A DNA stretch of 64,000 nt. Source: an uncultured Saprospirales bacterium (GTDB taxonomy: Bacteria; Bacteroidota; Bacteroidia; Chitinophagales; Saprospiraceae). Below the pieces are notes generated by a model that was given only the letters and a program-made list of their open reading frames with translations, was not told where the DNA came from and did not search any database. Made by a program: the position numbers and the translations under genes. Below are positions 9,952 to 17,985 of the stretch, in pieces. Location of the stretch: positions 13,130 to 77,129 of the forward strand of contig CAXBGT010000001.1 of NCBI GenBank assembly GCA_963975265.1. The letters are read 5' to 3'. The first letter of the stretch is position 1. Each line of letters opens with the position of its first letter.

Positions 9952-11766
9952 ATGGAAACTAGGTTATTTGAATATATAGAAAGGCAACTGGAAAAACATC
10001 CGCTTGATAAAAGTGTAGGTAGAAAAGAAGGTGATGGATGGAAATTTTGGAGTACCCAAGAGATTATCGACTCTGCACATAAATTAGCATCTGGACTAAT
10101 AGACCTTGGTCTTAAAAAGGGAGATAAAGTATCAATGGTTGCTTATAAAAACAGACCTGAATGGTACATAGTTGATTTAGCAACCCAGTATTTGGGTATA
10201 ACCAATGTACCTTTATATCCTACTATCAGCTCAAACGAATATGTCTATATTCTAAATGATTCTGAGGTAAAAGCATGTTTCGTAGGTGCGGATGATCTAT
10301 ATGAAAAAGTAGAAGCAGCAAAAGGCAGTGTTGGAACGCTCCAACATATCTACACTTTCGATAAAGCAGAAGGAAAACCGTTCTACGAAGACTTATTCAA
10401 TGAAAACAATAAGGATACCGTACTAGCATCAAAAGCTAGTATAAAGTCTGGTGATCTAGCTACGATTATATATACTTCGGGAACAACAGGAAATCCAAAG
10501 GGGGTTATGTTATCCCATAGGAACATCAGTCATGTAGTTGATGTAACATTACAGTCATTTCCACTTACCCCAAGCGGTAAAGTGCTAAGTTTTCTCCCAT
10601 TCTGTCATATTTTTGAAAGAGCTTGTATCTATGGATATTCTGACGCTTGCGTATCTGTGTATTGTACAGGAACAGATAATCTTGGAGGAGAAGATGGTGA
10701 TTTGAAGTCTGTAGGGCCACAGTTTTTCACAACTGTACCAAGATTACTCGAAAAAATATACGAAAAAATATACAACAAAGGGCTTCATCTGACTGGTCTC
10801 AAAAAGAAGTTATTCTTCTGGGCATTGAGTCTTGCAGATGAATATGAGCATGGAAAGACATTCTCAGGGATGGCGGCGATCAAGAGAAAAATTGCAGACA
10901 AGCTTATTTTCTCGAAATGGAGAGAAGCTCTTGGTGGAAACGTGCAAGGAATAGTTACAGGCGCTGCACCTTGCCCAACAAAAATCATTAAGGTGTTTTC
11001 AACAGCAGGAATCAAAGTGCTAGAAGGCTATGGGTTGACAGAGACGAGCCCTACATTATCCGTGAACAGATTTGATGGATATGCTAAAGTGGGAACAGTG
11101 GGGCCCGTGATAGAAGGTGTTGACCTACACATTGACGACTCTGATCCGAATTATGCAGACGGGGAAGGTGAGATTCTTGTAAATGGTCCGAATATAATGC
11201 TTGGTTATTATAACAAACCTGAAGCTAATGCTGACGTCTTTACTGAATTGGGTGGCAAGACATATTTTAAGACTGGAGACATTGGGAAGTTAGTGGATGG
11301 TCCAAAAGGAAAACTGTATCTCAAAATCACAGATCGTAAAAAAGAACTCCTCAAAACATCTGGTGGTAAGTATGTAGCTCCAGCTCCGATTGAAAATAAA
11401 CTTAGAGAAGACTTCCTCATAGAGCAAGTCATGGTGGTGGGAGATGCTCAGAAATTTGTGTCTGCGCTCATCGTACCCGCAGAAGAAGCCCTCAAAGACT
11501 GGTGTGAAGACAATGATGTAATGTGGACAGATCTAGTAACTGCGTGTGCTGACGAAAAAGTGATCAATTGTTTTCAAGCATCTATAGATAAGGCAAATCC
11601 TAATTTCAGTCATGTAGAGCAAATCAAGAAATTCAAAATACTACCTACTACATGGGAAGCAGTAAGACCCAACGGTGAAGCAACAGAGCTTACTCCAACC
11701 ATGAAACTTAAACGTAGAGTGATTGCTGAGAAATATGGGAAGGAAATAGAGGCTATATATGGATGA
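9952..11766 (+). CDS. Long-chain fatty acid-CoA ligase (AMP-dependent synthetase/ligase)
   Basis: AMP-binding motif IIYTSGTTGNPKGV, plus YGLTETS and GDIG...DRKKE motifs. 604 aa. Confidence 0.9.
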   Translation: METRLFEYIERQLEKHPLDKSVGRKEGDGWKFWSTQEIIDSAHKLASGLIDLGLKKGDKVSMVAYKNRPEWYIVDLATQYLGITNVPLYPTISSNEYVYILNDSEVKACFVGADDLYEKVEAAKGSVGTLQHIYTFDKAEGKPFYEDLFNENNKDTVLASKASIKSGDLATIIYTSGTTGNPKGVMLSHRNISHVVDVTLQSFPLTPSGKVLSFLPFCHIFERACIYGYSDACVSVYCTGTDNLGGEDGDLKSVGPQFFTTVPRLLEKIYEKIYNKGLHLTGLKKKLFFWALSLADEYEHGKTFSGMAAIKRKIADKLIFSKWREALGGNVQGIVTGAAPCPTKIIKVFSTAGIKVLEGYGLTETSPTLSVNRFDGYAKVGTVGPVIEGVDLHIDDSDPNYADGEGEILVNGPNIMLGYYNKPEANADVFTELGGKTYFKTGDIGKLVDGPKGKLYLKITDRKKELLKTSGGKYVAPAPIENKLREDFLIEQVMVVGDAQKFVSALIVPAEEALKDWCEDNDVMWTDLVTACADEKVINCFQASIDKANPNFSHVEQIKKFKILPTTWEAVRPNGEATELTPTMKLKRRVIAEKYGKEIEAIYG

Positions 11767-11774
11767 TGTTTTAG

Positions 11775-12017
11775 ATGAAACCGATAGGACAAATAGAAGT
11801 TCTAGGTATTCCAAGCCTGTTTCTAATTATCTCTTTGGTTTCCTTCAGTGCGGTTGCTTTTCTGTTCTTGAGCATTCCTAAAACAATAGGTGCAGGTATG
11901 AGAGTACCAGAACCTTCAAATATTTTAGTGCGAGTAATTCAATTTTCTTGCATATTTGGAGTGATTGTTACATTGATAAGTTTTTCTTTAAGAGAACCGT
12001 CCACCTGGTTCAAATAG
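11775..12017 (+). CDS. Possible small two-TM membrane protein (uncertain; see findings)
   Basis: 80-aa ORF with an ATG 9 bp after the ligase stop and two hydrophobic segments. A more protein-like but TGA-interrupted frame exists on the opposite strand, so coding status is unresolved. Confidence 0.3.
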   Translation: MKPIGQIEVLGIPSLFLIISLVSFSAVAFLFLSIPKTIGAGMRVPEPSNILVRVIQFSCIFGVIVTLISFSLREPSTWFK

Positions 12018-12123
12018 CTCGGTGGCACTATAAATCTAATCATATTTGTATTTCTAGTAGGAAGTACATTTTACTCAACATTCATGTAGCGCATTCAGTT
12101 TTCTAAATATTTTACACAAAAAA

Positions 12124-12519
12124 ATGGTTAAAAGTAATTGCCCTTGTATGAGCTCCGATCCCTATGTTTCTTGCTGTATGGTATATCATAAAGAAATAGC
12201 AAAACCAGAAACAGCCGAAAAACTCATGCGATCTAGATACACGGCCTATCATATGTCTTTAGTGGATTATCTAGTAAAGACAACTCATCCAGATAAATTA
12301 CGACCCAACTATAGGCATCAACTAGAAAGTACTAAAAATGATATGGATTGGACAGGACTAGAGATTTTGAGCTCTTCAATGGGTACAAAGTCAGATAAGA
12401 TTGGGAAGGTGCGTTTTCTTGCTCATTATATTATGAATGATAAACCAGGCGAAATGGAAGAGCATTCTCGGTTTCGGAGGTATAAAGGAGATTGGGTTTA
12501 CTATGATGAGAAAGGGTAG
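12124..12519 (+). CDS. YchJ-family protein with SEC-C motif
   Basis: N-terminal CPCMSSDPYVSCC matches the SEC-C zinc-binding motif. At 131 aa the size and the NTF2-like remainder fit YchJ/UPF0225. Confidence 0.8.
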   Translation: MVKSNCPCMSSDPYVSCCMVYHKEIAKPETAEKLMRSRYTAYHMSLVDYLVKTTHPDKLRPNYRHQLESTKNDMDWTGLEILSSSMGTKSDKIGKVRFLAHYIMNDKPGEMEEHSRFRRYKGDWVYYDEKG

Positions 12520-12587
12520 CTCAGATCAAAAGTAATTTAGTCCTATAGTAAGAAATTAGCCTCCAATAGTAGACAAGAGCGTATTTC

Positions 12588-12692
12588 TCATTTTGCCATT
12601 TCTTCTGGTTTTGATTCAAACATATCTTTAAAACATTTTGCAAAATAAGAAGGGCTAGAATACGAAATTGGACAACCCAATCTAAAACTGTC
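12588..12692 (-). pseudogene. 3' remnant of an AraC-family regulator gene (last ~34 codons only)
   Basis: My translation gives DSFRLGCPISYSSPSYFAKCFKDMFESKPEEMAK*. This matches the C-terminal AraC HTH signature (G-F-x-S-x-S-Y-F-x-x-x-F-K-x-x-x-G-x-x-P-x-x-Y). It is preceded by TAA TAA, with no upstream AraC coding sequence. Confidence 0.55.
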
Positions 12693-12695
12693 TTA

Positions 12696-12881
12696 TTATT
12701 CCACATATTCAATCCGTACTCCATGATATCGCCCAGTAGTAGTGGTATTGATATCTTCACCGGCATCCCCTATCTGAATGAAATATTGAAAGTTCTCATT
12801 ATCTATTGTAGATTCGCCTATGTCGGTACAGTCTAATTCTGTATATAAATTAGGAGCATGCCCCCCAATAGTATAGCACAC
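12696..12881 (-). other. Out-of-frame continuation of the adhesin-like gene (probable authentic C-terminus)
   Basis: This 61-codon ORF overlaps the end of 12833..14731 in another frame. The overlap contains a C6 tract (12861-12866, G6 on the coding strand). One extra G would fuse ...EMCAILLGG to HAPNLYTELDCTDIGE...RIEYVE*. Confidence 0.55.
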
Positions 12882-14731
12882 ATCTCGCTTATTCCAGAGA
12901 ATAGATTTATCCTAACTAGTCTAAAATCTATCTGTAACTCTTCTAGTGTATTTTGGTATATAAACTTCATCCCTTCTATATTTACTCCACTCGGCAGATT
13001 TACAGGAGCATATAATTTTATATCATAGACTTCATCATTGATATTTAAGGCTTCTGGTGCAGCACCATATCCTATTTTGTAATTCAATGGATGTTCGTTC
13101 TCATTTTCAGAAACAAAACTATTACCATTGACTACATAATAGTTGCTCTCTTCAGGTTTTACTATCAGTTTTCCTTGACTGTTTGCGTATACATCTTTAT
13201 TACCCCCTCCTGAAAGTGAGCTTGTACTTATCGTTCCGTTTACAAAGGTGTTTCCTTGATTTAAAATACCGTCGACAGAATGAATTACAAGGTTATTAGA
13301 TAGATTAGATGTTATTTTTCCAACTAAATTAAAAGAACTAGTTTTAAATAGCGTTAAGGATGGTTGTAGCGTACCATCATTTGAAGTAATAGCTATTTCT
13401 CCAAAATCATCTTGAATGTCCAGTTTTTCTGCCTTCATATTTCCTCCAACCTCAAGATCGGTTGTAGGTAACAGTTTATTGATGCCTATTTTGGGCGATC
13501 CAAATCCTTCTTTGCCTATGATAATACAATCATCACAGATGGAAGATATCTCATTACCAATCACCATGGAGTTATTACCAAAAGCTGTGCTATTTAATCC
13601 CAGAACTGCACTTTCATTTCCATGCGCAAAAGCATCTCGCCCTATAGCTATCCCGTCTATGCCAAGAGCCCTAGATTGTAAACCTAATGCTACGCTATTA
13701 TTTCCTTCCGCTGAAGATAAAAACCCCATAGCTATACTCGTATTCCCTACAGCAGATGCCCTTCCTATGGCTACGGATCCAAACAACTCAGCTTTAGCTT
13801 CTAGACCGATGGCTACAGCTTGATTGTCAGCGATAGATCTTTCACCAAGGGCCACAGATCTATCATTGGCAGATGCCAAGGTGCCTATAACTATACTCGA
13901 CTCACCATCGGATTGGGCGAATACTCCAAAGTTTATATTCCTGAATCCTATCCCATCAGTCCATTCATTGTTCAGTTGAATTCCACCGCCAAAACTCTGT
14001 TTTTCTGCATTACAAAAGAATCCATCTCTTTGATCCTCTCCTGATGCTTTTGGAGTATAGGTATTCCATGAGATTTCAAATCCGTCTCCATTCGACGGGC
14101 CAGCATCAGAGGTGAAAATGATATCGATACTTTCGCTTGCAGGCAGGTAAAAGGTATCCATATCAAAATTTATTCCTGTATAGACCATTTCAAAGTCAGG
14201 AGATTCTATTCTCAGAGTATCATTAGTAAAAAGGACTACATTATGGATTATCATTTGCCTGATACTGCTATTAAAGTCACTGAGAATAGTGCTCTGGAAA
14301 CTTTCTCCATCAGCATAAAATCCATTTTCACCACCAGAGTCATAAATAGTGCCGCAGTCTTCTTCAATAATACTAGGAACTGTATTGATGGTTGTACTGA
14401 AAGAACCACAATCATCCAAAGAGAATTTGCTTGGTTTTCCGATTTCTACCCAATTTTGACCGTTATAATACCAGAAGGTTTGAGTATCTGTATCGTACAA
14501 AATAAGTCCACTTGCTGGATTGGATATGTTCATTCTATTCGTGGTCGTTACTCGCGGTGTGAGCATTCCTTTATAGTCGCTTTGGATATCAAGCATTGCA
14601 CTTGAGTGAGGAGCGGTACCTGTTTCTGAAATGCCCACACTCTGAGAAGTTAGGTTGTGTAATATTATAATGGAAAATAAGAGTGGAAATAACTTTTTCA
14701 TAATGATTATTAACTTGAGAAAATGAGGCAA
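12833..14731 (-). CDS. Large secreted adhesin-like protein with a CUB-like region and YadA-head (Hep_Hag)-like repeats; 3' end apparently frameshifted
   Basis: Has a signal peptide. The N-terminal module GISETGTAPHSSAMLDIQS...GMLTPRVTTTNR...GLILYDTDTQTFWYYNGQNW is common in Bacteroidota surface proteins. CGTIYDSGGENGFYADGES...GFEISWN is CUB-like. There is a long run of the 14-residue periodicity SxAxGxxSxAxG (SVALGERSIADNQAVAIG...NSVALGLQSRALG...). Confidence 0.8.
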   Translation of the reverse strand: MPHFLKLIIIMKKLFPLLFSIIILHNLTSQSVGISETGTAPHSSAMLDIQSDYKGMLTPRVTTTNRMNISNPASGLILYDTDTQTFWYYNGQNWVEIGKPSKFSLDDCGSFSTTINTVPSIIEEDCGTIYDSGGENGFYADGESFQSTILSDFNSSIRQMIIHNVVLFTNDTLRIESPDFEMVYTGINFDMDTFYLPASESIDIIFTSDAGPSNGDGFEISWNTYTPKASGEDQRDGFFCNAEKQSFGGGIQLNNEWTDGIGFRNINFGVFAQSDGESSIVIGTLASANDRSVALGERSIADNQAVAIGLEAKAELFGSVAIGRASAVGNTSIAMGFLSSAEGNNSVALGLQSRALGIDGIAIGRDAFAHGNESAVLGLNSTAFGNNSMVIGNEISSICDDCIIIGKEGFGSPKIGINKLLPTTDLEVGGNMKAEKLDIQDDFGEIAITSNDGTLQPSLTLFKTSSFNLVGKITSNLSNNLVIHSVDGILNQGNTFVNGTISTSSLSGGGNKDVYANSQGKLIVKPEESNYYVVNGNSFVSENENEHPLNYKIGYGAAPEALNINDEVYDIKLYAPVNLPSGVNIEGMKFIYQNTLEELQIDFRLVRINLFSGISEMCAILLGGMLLIYIQN

Positions 14732-15032
14732 TTTTATTGATTATGAAATTAGACACTCATACAGAGACTTTGGAAATTATAATGCAGAATGTCTAATAAT
14801 CAATATTTCAATGAAAGCTCTATTGCAAAGCTATATCGCTACATATCCAAATAGTCAGTCAATGAATGATTCAGCATTCTGAATGAATAAAAAGGTTGTT
14901 TTGATACGGAGTCAAGAATCCCTAAAAAATAACCCGTTTATTCATTCTCATCGTGTAACTGTACATTATGGGACTTGTCCACGGCAATCTTGTATTAATA
15001 TTATGGTATTAAAAAGCAAAATATAATAAATT

Positions 15033-15803
15033 ATGAAAACGCAAGTGTCCCTATTTTTACTCCTTTTTATTTTAATATCATGTAGTACTGAAGCTCCGGA
15101 AGATAATCCCAATATGAATCCTGCTCCTAAAATTACTCAAGAAGAGTTTGACAATCTTCCACGTCCATGTCTTGATGATCCTAATATCATAAACATCCCT
15201 ACGAAACTCGAACTAGAGGAGAATTATTCTCAATATGATTATACTACAAGTTTGGTATTGGGTATAAAAGGAATTAGAGAACATCTTGAAGCGTTATTGA
15301 TAGCAATAGGTGCTCCTATAGATGCTATAGTAGAAGGGAAAGATAATATCCATGTACATGAAGGAGAAAAAGGATATTCTTGGATAGGTGGAGATGATAA
15401 GTACCTCTTAGTTTTGCGAGATTTTGGTTACCAGATTTACTTTTTTGATGACATAAATGAAGTTTCTGGTGATGAGATGATATATCTGAATCAAGATGAC
15501 GAATGCACGGATTTCGAATATATTGAATATCCTATTAGAGAAGATGTAAATAAAAATGGAGAAGTAATCCATATCGGATATGATAAAGCAGGTACTGCTG
15601 ATATTTTAACAGTAGCTACAGAAACCTATCTAGCTGGCTCAAAATCAGAAACTTTCAGAGATTTTAATGACGGTTCCGGAGACTACTATCAGTATATCGA
15701 CGGTGTAGTTAGCTTGTATTTATCATGGGAGTCAAATGGAAGTGGAAACTATCGTAAGTATGTAGATGGCGAAGTAGTAGAAGAGGGACTCTGGGCGTTT
15801 TAG
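15033..15803 (+). CDS. Hypothetical lipoprotein
   Basis: 256 aa with a lipobox-like LFILISCSTE. No domain recognised. Rich in acidic and aromatic residues. Confidence 0.7.
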   Translation: MKTQVSLFLLLFILISCSTEAPEDNPNMNPAPKITQEEFDNLPRPCLDDPNIINIPTKLELEENYSQYDYTTSLVLGIKGIREHLEALLIAIGAPIDAIVEGKDNIHVHEGEKGYSWIGGDDKYLLVLRDFGYQIYFFDDINEVSGDEMIYLNQDDECTDFEYIEYPIREDVNKNGEVIHIGYDKAGTADILTVATETYLAGSKSETFRDFNDGSGDYYQYIDGVVSLYLSWESNGSGNYRKYVDGEVVEEGLWAF

Positions 15804-15900
15804 AAAACACACTTTTTTAAATCGTTTTGCAATTATGACAAGCGCTGCCCATTTCCCCAAATAATACTATCTTGGTCATCTAAAGTATTAAATACAACCA

Positions 15901-17310
15901 ATGAAAGTAAAGTTTTGTGGAGCAGCGCAGTTCGTAACCGGAAGTAGTCACTTGATTACGCTTGATGATGGATATAAAATATTATTAGATTGTGGTTTAT
16001 TCCAAGGGAAAGGGCGTCATATCTGGGATTACAACAACAACTGGAATTTCACCCCGGCCGATATAGATTGTCTCATATTATCTCACGCACATATCGACCA
16101 TACAGGCAGAGTTCCGAAATTGGTAAAAGATGGATTTACAGGTGATATCCACTGTACACATGCTACTCGTAGTCTATGTACGATTATGTTGCTAGATAGT
16201 GCTAAGATCCAAGAGCGAGATGTAGAATGGCACAATAAAAAGATTCTCAAAAAGAGGAAGAAAGATCTATCTAAAATCAGAACACCGCTATATACTAGTG
16301 AAAATGTAACACCAACTTTGGATCTCTTTATTGGCTATAATTACAATAGGTGGCATAGAATCAATGAAAAAGTGTCTGTTATGTTTAAAGATGCAGGACA
16401 TATTCTTGGTAGCTCAAGTGTGACTCTCAAGATCACAGAAAACGGAAAAGAACGGTTAGTAGGATTTACTGGAGATATAGGAAGACCAGATAGGCCGATT
16501 CTTCGTAATCCTCAGCAAATGCCAAAAGTAGAATACCTAATTTGTGAGTCTACCTATGGAGATAAAGATCACCAACTGCCACCAGAACAATCAGAAGAAT
16601 TTCTCAATATACTAAAAGAAACGTGTATTGAAAAAAAGGGGAAACTGGTCATACCTGCGTTCAGTGTAGGACGTACGCAGGAAATTGTCTATATGCTCGA
16701 CAGGCTAGAAACAGCAGGACTATTACCAAAACTTCCCATATACGTCGATAGCCCTCTAGCGGTGAATGCGACGATGATATTCGGACAGCATCCAGAATGC
16801 TTTGACAATGAACTCAATGAATACCTTCTCATCGATGATAACCCATTTGGATTCAATGATCTTAACTATATCCGAGATGTAAAGGACTCTAAAGCACTCA
16901 ATGATACAGATGAACCTTGCGTAATTATTAGTTCATCTGGGATGATGAATGCTGGGCGAGTAAAGCACCATTTATTCAATAATATTGAAAACCCAAAGAA
17001 TACATTTTTAATCGTTGGATACTGTTCTCCAAGTACACCAGGTGGCATGCTGAGAGATGGAGTAGAAAGCATAAAATTATTCGGAGAATGGAAGATGGTG
17101 AAAGCTGATGTGAAAGTAATGGATTCTTTTTCCGCACATGGAGATAGAAACGAAATGCATGATTTCATTTCTAATCAAACCGATGTGAAGAAGATTTTTC
17201 TTGTGCACGGAGAACTAGACAGACAAGAAAAATGGAAAGCTTTCCTTAATGAAAAGGGGTTCAGAGATGTTGAGATTCCGGCGGAAGGAGATGAATATGA
17301 TTTGTCATAA
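15901..17310 (+). CDS. MBL-fold metallo-hydrolase of the beta-CASP (RNA-metabolising) type
   Basis: HxHxDH motif (SHAHIDHTG). The length of 469 aa and the C-terminal SAHGD motif are typical of beta-CASP nucleases. Confidence 0.85.
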   Translation: MKVKFCGAAQFVTGSSHLITLDDGYKILLDCGLFQGKGRHIWDYNNNWNFTPADIDCLILSHAHIDHTGRVPKLVKDGFTGDIHCTHATRSLCTIMLLDSAKIQERDVEWHNKKILKKRKKDLSKIRTPLYTSENVTPTLDLFIGYNYNRWHRINEKVSVMFKDAGHILGSSSVTLKITENGKERLVGFTGDIGRPDRPILRNPQQMPKVEYLICESTYGDKDHQLPPEQSEEFLNILKETCIEKKGKLVIPAFSVGRTQEIVYMLDRLETAGLLPKLPIYVDSPLAVNATMIFGQHPECFDNELNEYLLIDDNPFGFNDLNYIRDVKDSKALNDTDEPCVIISSSGMMNAGRVKHHLFNNIENPKNTFLIVGYCSPSTPGGMLRDGVESIKLFGEWKMVKADVKVMDSFSAHGDRNEMHDFISNQTDVKKIFLVHGELDRQEKWKAFLNEKGFRDVEIPAEGDEYDLS

Positions 17311-17399
17311 AAATTACAACTATTCGCAAGAGGCAATTGACTATAGCAATAAGAACCTAAATTAGAAAGTAAAAGTGTGAACAGATAGTACTTAATGAA

Positions 17400-17438
17400 G
17401 TAGCGGTTAGACAAAAAACTAACCGCTACTTTTTGTTT
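17400..17438 (+). terminator. Rho-independent terminator after the MBL/beta-CASP gene
   Basis: Perfect 11-bp stem GTAGCGGTTAG (17400-17410) / CTAACCGCTAC (17419-17429) with an 8-nt loop, followed by TTTTTGTTTT. Confidence 0.8.
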
Positions 17439-17616
17439 TATTGCCGCTTAAGCTCAAAGTTTTACATTATCCCGTTCCTATTTTCATGTATGAACTTAAT
17501 ATCTTTGTGTAAATAACTTTAAAAGTTGCACATTATTAGGATATCGAGTTGATTCACTTCGGAAGTGCTTTTTCGGCTTAAGTTGAAACACTAAGCTCTT
17601 TTTACATTGACTAATT

Positions 17617-17985
17617 TTAGTAAACGGGAATGGATTTCGCATCTATTCTTTGACTTTGATCAATTAATCCTTTTCCAAACCAATTAGAAAGTACCTTCAG
17701 CGCAGGCTTATTCTGAATAATGTCTATTCCTATTACATTTTTTAATCTTTGGACTTCCGCCTCAATTTCTACTTCAGTGATTCTATCGCCTTTTTTACTT
17801 CCAAAAATTCTTCCAAATACGAGACTCGAGTCTTCTCTAACCCTTGATATTCTATATTGCCAATCGTAAACCTAGGCTCTAGTTGTGTAGAAACGCAGAA
17901 GTGGAAGAAGGCGAAAATGAGTAATATGAAGAGGTTCCATTCATTAGGTTCGTTGATCTTGGATGGTAATTTTTGATGTGAAATA
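17617..17985 (-). pseudogene. Fragment of a POTRA-domain outer-membrane protein gene (no start codon, frameshift at A6, truncated after ~115 codons)
   Basis: My translation gives ...NEWNLFILLIFAFFHFCVSTQLEPRFTIGNIEYQGLEKTRVSYLEEFLEVKK in one frame. After the T6 tract at 17791-17796 (A6 on the coding strand) it continues as GDRITEVEIEAEVQRLKNVIGIDIIQNKPALKVLSNWFGKGLIDQSQRIDAKSIPVY* in the +1 frame. Joined, this reads as a signal peptide plus one POTRA-like domain. Confidence 0.45.

Noticed and set aside
11939-11941. In-frame TGA of the minus-strand frame 11771..12043 as a selenocysteine codon.
   Set aside because: No convincing SECIS-like hairpin follows the TGA. There is no Cys/redox motif around it, and no sel genes are in view. 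A pseudogene or non-coding DNA is more likely.
13416-13823. Long antisense ORFs in the track. Examples: 13416..13823, 31905..32447, 52850..53350, 50961..51377, 55254..55646, 62881..63327, 8806..9213, 2691..2954 and 3564..3863.
   Set aside because: Each lies entirely inside a well-supported gene on the other strand. Their compositions are low-complexity and Ser/Pro/Ile-rich. They are shadow ORFs.
17500-17585. Candidate small RNA: a TATCTTTG box (matches the Bacteroidota -7 consensus TAnnTTTG) at 17500-17507, followed ~60 nt later by CACTTCGGAAGTG + CTTTTT.
   Set aside because: The hairpin is only ~5 bp with a 3-nt loop, and there is no clear -33 element. This is too weak without expression data. 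The region is noted only as part of the POTRA-remnant spacer.
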